Assembly: GCF_000737315.1 (NCBI RefSeq)
Contig: NZ_JMCB01000020.1
Location: 124,001 to 188,000 of the forward strand
Source of the DNA: Hyalangium minutum
GTDB taxonomy: Bacteria; Myxococcota; Myxococcia; Myxococcales; Myxococcaceae
Direction of reading: 5' to 3'
Length of the DNA stretch: 64,000 nt
Shown piece by piece: positions 30,585 to 39,796 of the stretch. The notes below the pieces were generated by a model. The model made no database searches and was not told the DNA's origin. It was given only the letters and a program-made list of their open reading frames with translations. A program made the position numbers and the translations under genes. Every line of letters starts with the position of its first letter. Within the stretch, counting starts at the first letter, position 1.

Positions 30585-33500
30585 ATGGGTGAACTTTTTC
30601 CAGGCGAGGAAGTGGCAGCGCCAGGGGCTTCGCGGGGACTGGCTTCACGAGGGGCGAACACCCTCCTGAATGCCGAGCCTCCTACGGGCACAGTGGCCCT
30701 GGTCTTCACCGATGTTCCTGCGGCCGCGCGGCTCTGGGAGCGGTGCCCCGAGGCGATGGGGGACGCGCTCGAGATCCAGGACCAGGTGCTGCGGGTCCTG
30801 CTGGATCGGTGTGGCGGCTACGAGGTGAAGACGCAGGGCGGGGCGTTCATGGTCGCGTTTGCCTCGCCTCGGGAGGCGGTGCGCTGGTGCCTGGTGGCCC
30901 AGGAGGCGCTGCTCATGGCGCCCTGGAGCCCGGAGCTCCTGGCCCAGCCCGAGGCCTCCGAGGAGGTGGGGCCCCGAGGCCTGCTCCACCGGGGCTTGCG
31001 CGTGCGCATGGGCGTGCACGTAGGCGAGCCGGAGATCCGCGTAGATGGGCGCACGGGCCGAGTGGATTATGTCGGCCGCGTGGTGAATGCGGCGGCGCGC
31101 GTGGCGGCCGCAGGTCATGGGGGCCAAGTGCTGGTGAGCGGCGCGGCCTGGGCGCAGGTGGCGGGCTCGGCGGAGCTTCCGGGCCAGGCTGCCCGGCCGC
31201 TGGGCACGTTCCGGCTGCGAGGGCTCGATAGTCCGCTCGCGTTGGTGGAGGTGCTCCCCACCTCGCTGGTGGATCGCAGGTTTGGGGTGTTGCTGGCGGC
31301 CCGCGAGCGGCAGGGCAATGTGCCCGCAGTGCAGCCGGACCTCATTGGCCGGAGCACCGAACTGGAGACGCTGCGGCAGTGGTTCGGCGAGGGCCAGCGG
31401 CTCGTCACCTTGCTGGGACCGGGAGGCATGGGAAAGACCCGGCTCGCCACCCACTTCGGTGGCTTGGAGCTGGAGGCCTGCACCTGGGAGGGCGGGGTGT
31501 GGCTGTGCGAGCTGGCCGAGGCGAGGACCGAGGACGGGCTCTGCCACGCCGTGTGCCAGGCGCTCGGTGTCACCTTGTCGCGGGAGCGGGAGGCGGCGGA
31601 TCCCGTGGAGCAACTGGGGACCGCGCTGAACGGCTACGGGGATGTGCTGATCATCCTCGACAACCTGGAGCAGGCCACGAGCCCTGGAGCGCGGCTGGTG
31701 GAGCGCTGGCTCGCGCTGGCACCCCGGGCGCGCTTCCTGGTCACCTCGCGCGAGGTGCTGGCGCTGCCCGAGGAGCGTCTGCTGGAGCTGGCCTCGCTGT
31801 CGCTGCCGGACGCGGGGGAGACGCGGCTGGAGGAGGTTGCGCGCTCGGAGGCAGTGCGCCTCTTCGTGCAGCGGGCCCGGGAGGTCCGCGGGCGCTTCGA
31901 GCTGACGGCCAAGGAGGCGCCGCACGTGGTGGACATCGTCCGGCGGCTGGACGGGGTTGCCCTGGCCATCGAGCTGGCGGCGGCGCGCACGGGCGTGCTG
32001 GGCGTGAGCCAGCTCCGGGAGCGGCTGTCGCGGCGCTTCGAGCTGCTGCGCACCGGACGGCGGGGGACCTCGGAGCGGCAGGCCACGCTGCGCGGCGCGA
32101 TTGACTGGTCCTGGAACCTGCTGTCGCCGGAGGAGCGGATCGCGCTCGTCCAGTGCTCGGTGTTCCGGGGCGGCTTCACGCAGGAGGCAGCGGAGGCGGT
32201 GGTGGTGGTGCCTGAGAGCGGCGCGAGCGTCCGGCAGGTGCTCCAGTCGCTGCGGGACCGCTCGCTGCTGCGCGCGGTGGAGGCGGAGGACGCGTGCGGC
32301 GAGCCGCGCCTCGGCATGTACGAGAGCATCCGGCAGTACGCCGCGGACCGGCTCCACGAGCAGGGCAGCGAGGCGTCGGTGTTGGCGAGGCACTCACAGT
32401 GGTACCTCGGGCTCGCGCAAGGGTTGAGGCAGCAAGTGCGGGGAGTCAGAGGGGCGGGGGCGCTGCGGCGGCTGGCGCTCGAGCGGGAGAACCTGTTGGC
32501 TGCCTGCGATGAGGCGCTCTCGGGAACTGCGGCAACTCCACGCTCCTTGAAGCTGGCGCTGGCGACACTGGAGGCGCTGGAGCCCGACTTCGTGACGCGT
32601 GGCGCGCTCAGCCTGCTGCTGACGCGGCTCGATCGGGCCCACGAGCTGGCCGGTGCCTTCGCGGGGACTGCCACGCTTTCGGCGGAGATCCTCGCGGTCC
32701 GGGGCCGCGTCCACCTGGAGGCGGGACACCTCGAGCCCGCGCGAGAGGATCTGGAGCGCGCCTGCGCGGCGTTGGGTATCAGTGGAGACGTGGCGGGACA
32801 GAAGCGAGGGCTGGTGGAGCTGTCCATCGTGGCGCGCCAACAGGGAGACCTGGAGGCGGCGTGGCAGTGCATCCAGCAGGCCCAGCAGCTGTCCTCGGGA
32901 GAGGACGGGTGGCTGGAGGCGTACACGCGCGGCAACCTCGGCCTGCTCGAGCAGGCTCGCACGGGCGCGGAGTCCGCGCTGCCTCACCTCCTCGCGGCCC
33001 AGGAGCTGTTCCAGACCGTGGGGGATGTGGCTTCTGAAGTGGGCTTCACCACCCACTGCGCCGTGGCGCTCGGGGAGCTGGGACTCGTGGATGAGGCGGT
33101 GGAGCACGTGTCCGATGCGATGACCCGCGCCGCCAGCGTGGGAGACCGTGGAGGCCACACGCTGGCGCGGCTGCACCTGGGCTGCCTGCTGCTCGAAGGC
33201 GGACGGGCCCTGGAGGCGCGCGAACACCTCACGGCCGCCATGCGCCTGGGACGCCAGCTCGGCGCGCGTCTCTTGGAAGGCCTGGCCATGGGCGAGCTGG
33301 GCCGCACGGAGATGGCGTTGGGAGAGCTGGCGGAGGCGAGGCACTGGCTGGCGGAGGCCGTCTCCGCGCTGGAGGAGGTGGCCCGGTGGCACGCGCTCCG
33401 CTTCGCCGCGCATCGAGCCGCGGTGGAGGCTGTGCTGGGAGATCTCCCGGCCGCGCTGTCGAGCTTCGACGCGCTGGAGGATGAGCCACAGGTCCGCACC

Positions 33501-33719
33501 GATCCGGTCCTGCGCCCGCTCATCACGCTGCTGCGCGCGGCGGCGGAGCTGGCGCTGGCGGACGAGGCCCCGGTGGGAAGTGAAGAGGCAGGTCAGTCCC
33601 TGGCTTCAGCACGGCGGCGCGTGGCGGCCGTCTCCAACGCACAGGAACGCCCGAACTCCTCGGACATGCGCGGAGCCTTGCGCTTCTTGAAGCAACAGCT
33701 CTCCCGGCGCTACTCCTGA
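30585..33719 (+). CDS. Class III cyclase-like domain + P-loop ATPase + TPR-like helical region
   Basis: LVFTD, RVRMGVHVG, DYVGRVVNAAARV; GPGGMGKT, LDNLEQ, LAIELAAAR. Confidence 0.9.
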   Translation: MGELFPGEEVAAPGASRGLASRGANTLLNAEPPTGTVALVFTDVPAAARLWERCPEAMGDALEIQDQVLRVLLDRCGGYEVKTQGGAFMVAFASPREAVRWCLVAQEALLMAPWSPELLAQPEASEEVGPRGLLHRGLRVRMGVHVGEPEIRVDGRTGRVDYVGRVVNAAARVAAAGHGGQVLVSGAAWAQVAGSAELPGQAARPLGTFRLRGLDSPLALVEVLPTSLVDRRFGVLLAARERQGNVPAVQPDLIGRSTELETLRQWFGEGQRLVTLLGPGGMGKTRLATHFGGLELEACTWEGGVWLCELAEARTEDGLCHAVCQALGVTLSREREAADPVEQLGTALNGYGDVLIILDNLEQATSPGARLVERWLALAPRARFLVTSREVLALPEERLLELASLSLPDAGETRLEEVARSEAVRLFVQRAREVRGRFELTAKEAPHVVDIVRRLDGVALAIELAAARTGVLGVSQLRERLSRRFELLRTGRRGTSERQATLRGAIDWSWNLLSPEERIALVQCSVFRGGFTQEAAEAVVVVPESGASVRQVLQSLRDRSLLRAVEAEDACGEPRLGMYESIRQYAADRLHEQGSEASVLARHSQWYLGLAQGLRQQVRGVRGAGALRRLALERENLLAACDEALSGTAATPRSLKLALATLEALEPDFVTRGALSLLLTRLDRAHELAGAFAGTATLSAEILAVRGRVHLEAGHLEPAREDLERACAALGISGDVAGQKRGLVELSIVARQQGDLEAAWQCIQQAQQLSSGEDGWLEAYTRGNLGLLEQARTGAESALPHLLAAQELFQTVGDVASEVGFTTHCAVALGELGLVDEAVEHVSDAMTRAASVGDRGGHTLARLHLGCLLLEGGRALEAREHLTAAMRLGRQLGARLLEGLAMGELGRTEMALGELAEARHWLAEAVSALEEVARWHALRFAAHRAAVEAVLGDLPAALSSFDALEDEPQVRTDPVLRPLITLLRAAAELALADEAPVGSEEAGQSLASARRRVAAVSNAQERPNSSDMRGALRFLKQQLSRRYS

Positions 33720-33990
33720 GGCGGGAACTCAGGCGTCCTTGATCGGGCGGGTACTGCCCGACGCGCGGGGGCGCTCCGCTGGGACGAACTGGGGGCCCAC
33801 AAACGAGAAACCTGCCTGCCCCTCGGCCTGTGTGGCCACCTGTGCCGAGCCGGGCAGCGTCGGCACCTTCGCCGCGAACAGTTGCGCCGGGGAGCCAATG
33901 GCCGCCACCAGCAGCATGGCCAACGCGCGCGGCCTCTCGCCCGAGGATCTTCCCGAAGCGCTTGCCCGCCTCGCGGATCTCCTGAGCACA

Positions 33991-34168
33991 GTCCGCGATC
34001 GCGGACGAATCGTCCGCGTTGGGAGACTGTCGTCCAAAAAGCGCAGGAAGACCGAGACGTTACACAGAGGCGGTGGAGAGGCGTGAGGCTCGACGAACGG
34101 CCAACTGGCTGAAATGACAGGCGTGAGGATTCGCCGCATACGACGGAGACAGTCCGCGATCGTGGACT
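33991..34168. repeat. Two copies of palindrome GTCCGCGATCG(C/T)GGAC
   Basis: 33991-34006 is a perfect 16-bp palindrome; 34151-34168 has one mismatch; both are preceded by ACA. Confidence 0.8.
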
Positions 34169-34197
34169 AGGCCCGTCGCGCCCTGGGCGAGGTGTAG

Positions 34198-34275
34198 CCG
34201 TTGCGGACAGCTGACCGGTCAGCTGTGGCCGCCATCCCGTTGCAGACAGCTGACCAGTCAGCTGTGGCCGCCTGC
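34198..34275. repeat. Tandem 39-bp duplication, each unit containing a 20-bp palindrome
   Basis: ACAGCTGACCGGTCAGCTGT (34207-34226) and ACAGCTGACCAGTCAGCTGT (34246-34265). Confidence 0.85.
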
Positions 34276-34335
34276 GGGGGAACTGTGGCCGCTTGGGGTT
34301 CTCACCCAGGTGTCCGCCCTTCATGGCTCACCGCG

Positions 34336-34455
34336 ATATTCCTGGACGAGGTGGTGGAACTGTCGCTGGAGCAGCAGGCCCAACTGCTGCGGGTGCTGGA
34401 GCGCGGCGAGGTGAAGCCGGTGGGTGCGGCGCGAGCGTTCCAGGTGGTCGTGAGA
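34336..34455 (+). pseudogene. Fragment of a sigma54-activator AAA+ domain
   Basis: IFLDEVVELSLEQQAQLLRVLERGEVKPVG (Walker B region) with no flanking domain sequence. Confidence 0.75.
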
Positions 34456-34477
34456 GGAGTGGGGACCGGGCCCAGAA

Positions 34478-34493
34478 AGGGACTGAAGTCCCT
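34478..34493 (-). terminator. Short terminator-like hairpin downstream of att-like copy 1
   Basis: Minus strand AGGGAC-TTCA-GTCCCT followed by TTCT. Confidence 0.45.
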
Positions 34494-34518
34494 CAAGGCG
34501 GCTGCCCATGCTCGGAAG

Positions 34519-34542
34519 GGAGGCGGCGGGAATCGAACCCGC
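34519..34542 (-). repeat. tmRNA/tRNA 3'-end-like direct repeat, copy 1 (att-like)
   Basis: Minus strand GCGGG-TTCGATT-CCCGC-CGCCTCC; identical to 37956-37979. Confidence 0.85.
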
Positions 34543-34715
34543 GCCGGGCGGTGCGCAACCTCTAGCAGAATCGCGCCCTTTCCTCGCAACCGCCTGGAAT
34601 GACCTGGAGTCGTTATCCCGCCGCGTCACGTGTCGTCCCGCCCTGTCCCAGCACATTCCGCAGGCTCCTGCGACATACGTGCAACATGACGGAGGCCCCC
34701 ACTATGGCCATGCAG

Positions 34716-35435
34716 TCACCCTGCTGGCCAGGGCTGCAACGGCCGCAGCAACTCGGCCCGGTCCAGCAGTTCGTGGACGTGAGCGGCCAGCGCGACGTGC
34801 TCCGGGTTGGAAGCAGTGAACCGCTCGGGGGTGAGGATGACAAGGGTTCCCTTGTCCTCGACGGGCTCGATACGCACGGGGGCAGGCAGTGGAGGCACTT
34901 TGCCACGCAGCCGCGAGAAGTACATCGCCCAGCCTACGAAGGTGCCCGGCTTCGCTTTGTCCGTCACGCTGTCCCGGTGCGCCTCGGATGTGGCCACACC
35001 CCACTCCGGATCCCAGGCTAGAGCCATAGCGCGCAACACCTCGGTCATCACGGGCGCAGTCAGCACCCGCTCCCCTATGAGCCCCTCATCGTAAGGCTTG
35101 AGCACGCAGTTAGATGGGAGCCGGGGGTCAGCTGAACCGCACGCCCCGTTAACGCTGGACGCCTCCTCCTGGGTGTCGCCCGTCCACAGCCAGAAAGAGA
35201 AGTCATCATCGTTTCGCTTCTCTGCCTCCGCGAACAGCTTCTGGAACCTCGTGGCGTCTGTCGTGAATTGGAGTTTGCGCGCCTCCTCAAAGGAGTCTGC
35301 TGTCTCATACCAGCGGGTCCACGCTGGGTCGCAGCGACCCAGGAGGTGGAAGAAATGCTCCGCGCGGCGTGCACATGCCCCACTGGGTTCGGACCGGGCA
35401 AGCCAGTAGCTGCCAGCGTAGTATGTCTCTGTCAT
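34716..35435 (-). CDS. Imm52 family immunity protein
   Basis: YYAGSYWLAR...WDPEWG...FVGW..Y.SR.RG.VPPLPAPVRIEPVEDKGTLV.LTPERFT; starts 14 nt after the toxin stop. Confidence 0.85.
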   Translation of the reverse strand: MTETYYAGSYWLARSEPSGACARRAEHFFHLLGRCDPAWTRWYETADSFEEARKLQFTTDATRFQKLFAEAEKRNDDDFSFWLWTGDTQEEASSVNGACGSADPRLPSNCVLKPYDEGLIGERVLTAPVMTEVLRAMALAWDPEWGVATSEAHRDSVTDKAKPGTFVGWAMYFSRLRGKVPPLPAPVRIEPVEDKGTLVILTPERFTASNPEHVALAAHVHELLDRAELLRPLQPWPAG

Positions 35436-35449
35436 CGAGCGGCTACTCC

Positions 35450-36886
35450 TCACGGAGTCGGGGTAGGGGAAACATGGACGACCTCGATGTCCTCGAGACC
35501 GTTTGCCTTGAACAGCTTCCTGAGTGCACCCGCGAGTTTCTCCTCAGCGACAATCCACCGGATGGGCGTTCCATTGGCGACTCTGAACTGGCTCTTCGCC
35601 TGCTCCAGGAGTTTGAGGCTGCCCTTGAAGTTCGGCAGGAAGTCTAGCTTCTTGGTGATCCACTGCGCGTAGCCGGTGGCCTTGACCTCAAGCAACACCC
35701 CCTGGTCGAAGCCATCGAAGTCCACCTCCTTGTCACCCACCTGGACGCGGTACGCATAGCCCGGGGGAGCCCCCGTCCTTTGGGCTTGATAGGTCCGGGC
35801 GCTCTCGGACATGTACTCGTCTACCTGGACCCATTCCCCCGGGCCACCGGAACTGGGAGGCGCAGCCTGCGCGCCAGCCTTGCCGCCCGAGATGTCACGC
35901 GCCGCCATGGCGACTGCATTGGGAGCCAGTGCGATGGTGACGCCCTCGGCAGTAATGGCGACCGACTCCACCTGCGCCAGCGCTGGAGCCGTGAAGCGGA
36001 TTCCCAACTGCGTCTCGGCCACCACCGCAGCCTGCCTGGCTCCCGGCAAACTGGGCAGTGCCGCCGCCATCCCCGAAGCCGTGTTCCCCAACGCCACCGT
36101 GCCCAGCATCACGAAGGTTCGGGCCGCCTTCTCTCCCATCGTGTCGCCGAACTTCTCTCCGGACGCGGAGATGCCAGCAAAGGTGGTGGCCTGATCCACT
36201 TCTTTCATCAGCACTAGCCACCCATCAATGAGGCGCCACACCGTGTCCCAGCCCAAGTACGCCATGGCCCCCACCGTCAGCAGCGCAGCCACCCCTTTGC
36301 TCACCGGCTCGGGGAGCGCGAGCAAGATCGCGTACATGGTCAGGCCACTGACGACTGTGGCCACCACCGCCTGGGGGCTCACCATCCGGGCGAGTTCCTC
36401 CTTCATGGCCCCCAGCACTTTGCTGTGAGCAATCGCCATGGCCAGCGCGTACTTGGCATCTCCATCCAGGAAGGGCTTGTCCACCAACAGGCGCAGGCAA
36501 TCCCCGGGGCCCCACGTCCGCTCACACCACTCCAGGTAGCAGCGTTTGAGTTCCTCGTCCTCGGGCAACAGGCGCAGGTTCTGGTGACTGCCCGGCTCCA
36601 AGGCAAGGAGCCGTCGGCCCCTGCTTTCGTACCTGTACCAGCCACTTCGCTCGGGCACTCCGAACAACTGCCGGGCGTGCTCCAAAGGCCACTCCACTAC
36701 AGGCACAGAGAAGGCCTGTTGTGCGACGGCCTTCCTGAACTCCTTCTCGTTCACCACCACCGGTTCTACGTCGCGACGCGGAGTGTGGACGATGGGCTCG
36801 CCCTGGTCCGTGTCCAAGCGGACGACCTTTGTTGTGCTGCACCCTGCGAGGAACGGGACTAGCAGCAGAACCGCCCAGCGTGGCAT
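35450..36886 (-). CDS. Lipoprotein polymorphic toxin with C-terminal Tox-REase-5 domain (SitA-like)
   Basis: GGAGG RBS; lipobox LAGC; C-terminus YQ..TG...VDFDGF..GVLLEVK..GY...Q...PIRWIVAE. Confidence 0.88.
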   Translation of the reverse strand: MPRWAVLLLVPFLAGCSTTKVVRLDTDQGEPIVHTPRRDVEPVVVNEKEFRKAVAQQAFSVPVVEWPLEHARQLFGVPERSGWYRYESRGRRLLALEPGSHQNLRLLPEDEELKRCYLEWCERTWGPGDCLRLLVDKPFLDGDAKYALAMAIAHSKVLGAMKEELARMVSPQAVVATVVSGLTMYAILLALPEPVSKGVAALLTVGAMAYLGWDTVWRLIDGWLVLMKEVDQATTFAGISASGEKFGDTMGEKAARTFVMLGTVALGNTASGMAAALPSLPGARQAAVVAETQLGIRFTAPALAQVESVAITAEGVTIALAPNAVAMAARDISGGKAGAQAAPPSSGGPGEWVQVDEYMSESARTYQAQRTGAPPGYAYRVQVGDKEVDFDGFDQGVLLEVKATGYAQWITKKLDFLPNFKGSLKLLEQAKSQFRVANGTPIRWIVAEEKLAGALRKLFKANGLEDIEVVHVSPTPTP

Positions 36887-37009
36887 GTAGTGCCTCCTGG
36901 CCATGGCCCTCGCGTGCTGGGAGCACGACCCGAGATTACAGGGCGGTCATGACATGCACGTCAATCCAGGGCCTGCCTCGGACTTGGAACTGAACCGAGG
37001 CAGCGTTTC

Positions 37010-37820
37010 TCAATCAGGACGTCGTTCCGGAGAGCAGGCCTTGGATGAGGCGGAGTTGATCCACGAGTCCCTGGATGACCTCACGATGCTCAACCTCCAC
37101 CCTGGGGTAGAGGGGGATGACAGGGGTATCCCGGTAGCTTGGATCTCGCAGGAGCATCGGAGGTGCCTCCAACGCAAGACGCTGCAGGGAGTGCAGCAGT
37201 GCTGGCCAGCACGCCTCGTCAGCGGGAAACTGAAGCCAGAGGGGAGTCTCGGCGAGAGTGTGCCACCGCCACGGGCTGAGCATGAGATAGAAGTCGTGCC
37301 CGGCAAGCCGCACCTTGCGCCAGTAGTACGTGCTGCCAGCACCGCTTGTCCCCTCAAGGGACAGAGGCCCAGCCGAATAGCCTCCTCAGAGACGTCATCA
37401 ACGAGCGCGGCGAACTGGCAGAAACGCCGGCCAATGCCCGCTGACAACTCCTCCGGGCGCAGCGGCAGGAACGCAGTCGTGTCCTCCCGCGTGCACAGCC
37501 CCAGGAGCTGATTCAGGTCCTCGGCAGAAGCGCGATCGCCCTGTGCAAGGGCCGCGCTCTGGAGGCTCTCCAGGAATGGTTTCCAGGCGGCGAGGAGCAG
37601 AAACTTGTTCGGGCCGACCTGCGCCATGAAGTGGTACCCACGCCCGTGCTTTGGCTCGGTTGCGCCGCCCTGAATGCCAGTCTTGCAGCGCAGCAGGAGT
37701 TCTCGCCATAACGTCTGGCGCCGCGTCTCCGGTGCAACCATCAGCACTGCAGTAGGCCTGTCGGCCGGCAGGGCGTCGAGGTACGCCACCGGCTGGCGGT
37801 CGGTGAGCCCCGCCCAGAGT
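37010..37820 (-). pseudogene. 5'-truncated, frameshifted protein, possibly a PD-(D/E)XK nuclease remnant
   Basis: Begins abruptly at LWAGLTDRQP with no credible start. Plausible coding switches frame near 37350-37370 into GTSGAGSTYYWRKVRLAGHDFY. Confidence 0.55.
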
Positions 37821-37910
37821 GGAGCGAGTCTCTGAGAGCGACTGCCACGGATTCAAGATGCTAGAGACGCCACAGGGGCGCACTGAGGACACATGAGGAA
37901 ACCAGGGTCA

Positions 37911-37947
37911 AGAAAAAGCCCAGCAACCCATTGAGACTGCTGGGCTT
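37911..37947 (-). terminator. Rho-independent terminator downstream of att-like copy 2
   Basis: 10-bp stem AAGCCCAGCA/TGCTGGGCTT, 12-nt loop, followed on the minus strand by TTTCTT. Confidence 0.75.
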
Positions 37948-37955
37948 CTCAGGTC

Positions 37956-37979
37956 GGAGGCGGCGGGAATCGAACCCGC
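37956..37979 (-). repeat. tmRNA/tRNA 3'-end-like direct repeat, copy 2 (att-like)
   Basis: GGAGGCGGCGGGAATCGAACCCGC on the plus strand, identical to copy 1. Confidence 0.85.
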
Positions 37980-38036
37980 AGCAGGGCGGAAGCAAAACCC
38001 TCAGCAGGGCGCGCTGTTACCGGCTAACACCAGTTC

Positions 38037-39056
38037 TCAGCGCGCGGGCGGTAGGGGCTCGCCGGCGCCTCGGCGGACGCCGGGCACCTTCAGCAGACGC
38101 TGGAAGACCTGCTCCATCCGGGTGGGCCCCGCGTCATTGCGCACGTCGAGAGTCAGGGTGACATCGTCGAGCCGATGGGCCCGCTCGAAGTCCAGGGGCG
38201 GGCGAGGCAGGTTCTCGATGCCTGCGGCGGGGCCGCGCAGGCCGGCGTTCCACTCGCGCACGAGCTGCTCCACCGAGTAGCCCTGGAGCTGAAGCTGGTA
38301 CGCCTGCTCCGAAGTATCGGAGTACTTCAGCAAGGGCTTGCCCACCACCTCATAGCCCTCCTTGCGCAGCGCGGTGCGCTGGGCACCGGTAAGGAACGTC
38401 TCGGGCGCGAGCGCGGGAGCCTCCGGGTCCGCGAACGGACTGACCGGCACTGTGGCCAGGAAGAAGAGGAACTGGCTTCGCTCCTTCTGGCCCGAGGGAC
38501 GGGCCATGAAGTCCTTCATCGCGGCCAGCAAGGCCCCTCGCCTGGCCTCGAAGACCTTTTGCCTCTGCTCGAGCTGCTTCTTCTGCTCGTCGTCGAGCAG
38601 CTTGTGCTCCACAGCCGCCACGATCAGTTCGTGCACCTGGGCCGTTGGGGCGCCCGTGGTGGCCGGGTCGAAGGAGACATGGACGAGAAACGCGGGAGGC
38701 TCGCCCGGCGTCCGGCGCACCAGAACCTCGCCTGGGATGAAGAGCTCAAGGTGGCCCTCCGGCGTCGTCATCGCCGTCTGGAAGGGCGTCTGGAGAGAAG
38801 GGAACCGGCGCTGCTGCTCGGCATCCCGGGGCCAGGCGAACCACAAGCTGAAGGCCTTCTTCTCCGGGAGCCGTGCCGGCAGCTTCTCGTCCAGGCGAAG
38901 GAGGAGGAGGCCATCCTCGGTCCGTCCCTCTTCCTTCAAGGTGATGCAGGTCCCGTGCGGGTTGCAGACCGCCTTGGACAGCTGCACGCGCGGAGGCGGG
39001 GCCGCCGTCATCAATGAGAGCCCCAGCCCCAGCGTGCCCAGCCACACAGTGCTCAC
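38037..39056 (-). CDS. Hypothetical exported protein
   Basis: 339-aa ORF with a signal-like N-terminus; no recognised domain. Confidence 0.75.
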   Translation of the reverse strand: MSTVWLGTLGLGLSLMTAAPPPRVQLSKAVCNPHGTCITLKEEGRTEDGLLLLRLDEKLPARLPEKKAFSLWFAWPRDAEQQRRFPSLQTPFQTAMTTPEGHLELFIPGEVLVRRTPGEPPAFLVHVSFDPATTGAPTAQVHELIVAAVEHKLLDDEQKKQLEQRQKVFEARRGALLAAMKDFMARPSGQKERSQFLFFLATVPVSPFADPEAPALAPETFLTGAQRTALRKEGYEVVGKPLLKYSDTSEQAYQLQLQGYSVEQLVREWNAGLRGPAAGIENLPRPPLDFERAHRLDDVTLTLDVRNDAGPTRMEQVFQRLLKVPGVRRGAGEPLPPAR

Positions 39057-39068
39057 GAGGCTCTCCTC

Positions 39069-39764
39069 TCAGCGAACCGCCTTGGCGAAGTGGTGGGCGA
39101 GGCGGTGCTGCAGCTCGGTGAGCTCGGCCTGGGCGGCCTTGAGCTTGGGGACCTGGGTGCGCAGCTCCTCCGGGGTCTTGCCGTGCTTGGCGAGCGTGTC
39201 TTTCCACTGCGTCAGCCAGCGGTCCAGGTCCTCGGCGCCCAGCTCCATGTGGAACTGGAAGCCATAGGACTTGCCCAGCCGGAACGCCTGCTGCGTGTAG
39301 CGGTCCGTGGAGGCCAGGAGCGTGGCGCCAGGCACGGCCTTGAAGGTGTCCTGGTGCCAGTGCGCCATGACGGTGCGCGGCTTCACGCCTGCGATGACCG
39401 GATCCTTCATCCCCTCCTGGGTCCACCGCACGGGGAGGGCGCCCGCCTCCAGGCCGTTCTTGCCGAGGAACACCTCCGCGCCCGCGGCGGCCGCGAGCAT
39501 CTGAGCGCCCAGGCAGATGCCCAGGCACGGACGCTCGTTGGCGAGCCGCTCGGAGAGCAGGGCGATCTCCTCCTTGAGGAAGGGGTGCTGATCCGCCTCG
39601 TAGACGCCCATGTGGCCGCCCATGACGACCACGAGCTCGGCGTCCACGTCCTCGCGCTTGGTCGTCCGGAACCGCCTGACGAGGGTGAACCCGGCCTGCT
39701 GCAGCGCCGGGCCCAGGTGGGCAAGGCCTGCATCCTCATCATGCTCGAAGACCACGGCTCTCAT
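39069..39764 (-). CDS. Class I glutamine amidotransferase-like protein
   Basis: VMGGHMGVY, GICLGAQ, FQFHME (C-H-E triad). Confidence 0.9.
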   Translation of the reverse strand: MRAVVFEHDEDAGLAHLGPALQQAGFTLVRRFRTTKREDVDAELVVVMGGHMGVYEADQHPFLKEEIALLSERLANERPCLGICLGAQMLAAAAGAEVFLGKNGLEAGALPVRWTQEGMKDPVIAGVKPRTVMAHWHQDTFKAVPGATLLASTDRYTQQAFRLGKSYGFQFHMELGAEDLDRWLTQWKDTLAKHGKTPEELRTQVPKLKAAQAELTELQHRLAHHFAKAVR

Positions 39765-39796
39765 CGGTGTCACCTCGGGGGCTCGGAGCCCCGGTT

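Larger units (their letters stand above)
34519..37979. mobile_element. Putative accessory cassette bounded by att-like direct repeats; no integrase
   Basis: Identical 24-bp repeats flank toxin, immunity and nuclease-remnant cargo; mobility is inferred, not shown. Confidence 0.55.

Noticed and set aside
34198-34300. Mini-CRISPR array
   Set aside because: The units are directly tandem with no unique spacers, and there are no cas genes.
33710-34324. Several short ORFs in the junction region
   Set aside because: No RBS or motif support, and they run through palindromic repeats; treated as non-coding debris.
34519-34600. Complete tRNA/tmRNA gene at repeat copy 1
   Set aside because: Only positions 49-72 are present; no D or anticodon arm, no 5' acceptor strand and no CCA.
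37956-38036. Complete tRNA/tmRNA gene at repeat copy 2
   Set aside because: The upstream minus-strand sequence does not form a cloverleaf and runs into a CDS stop within about 57 nt.
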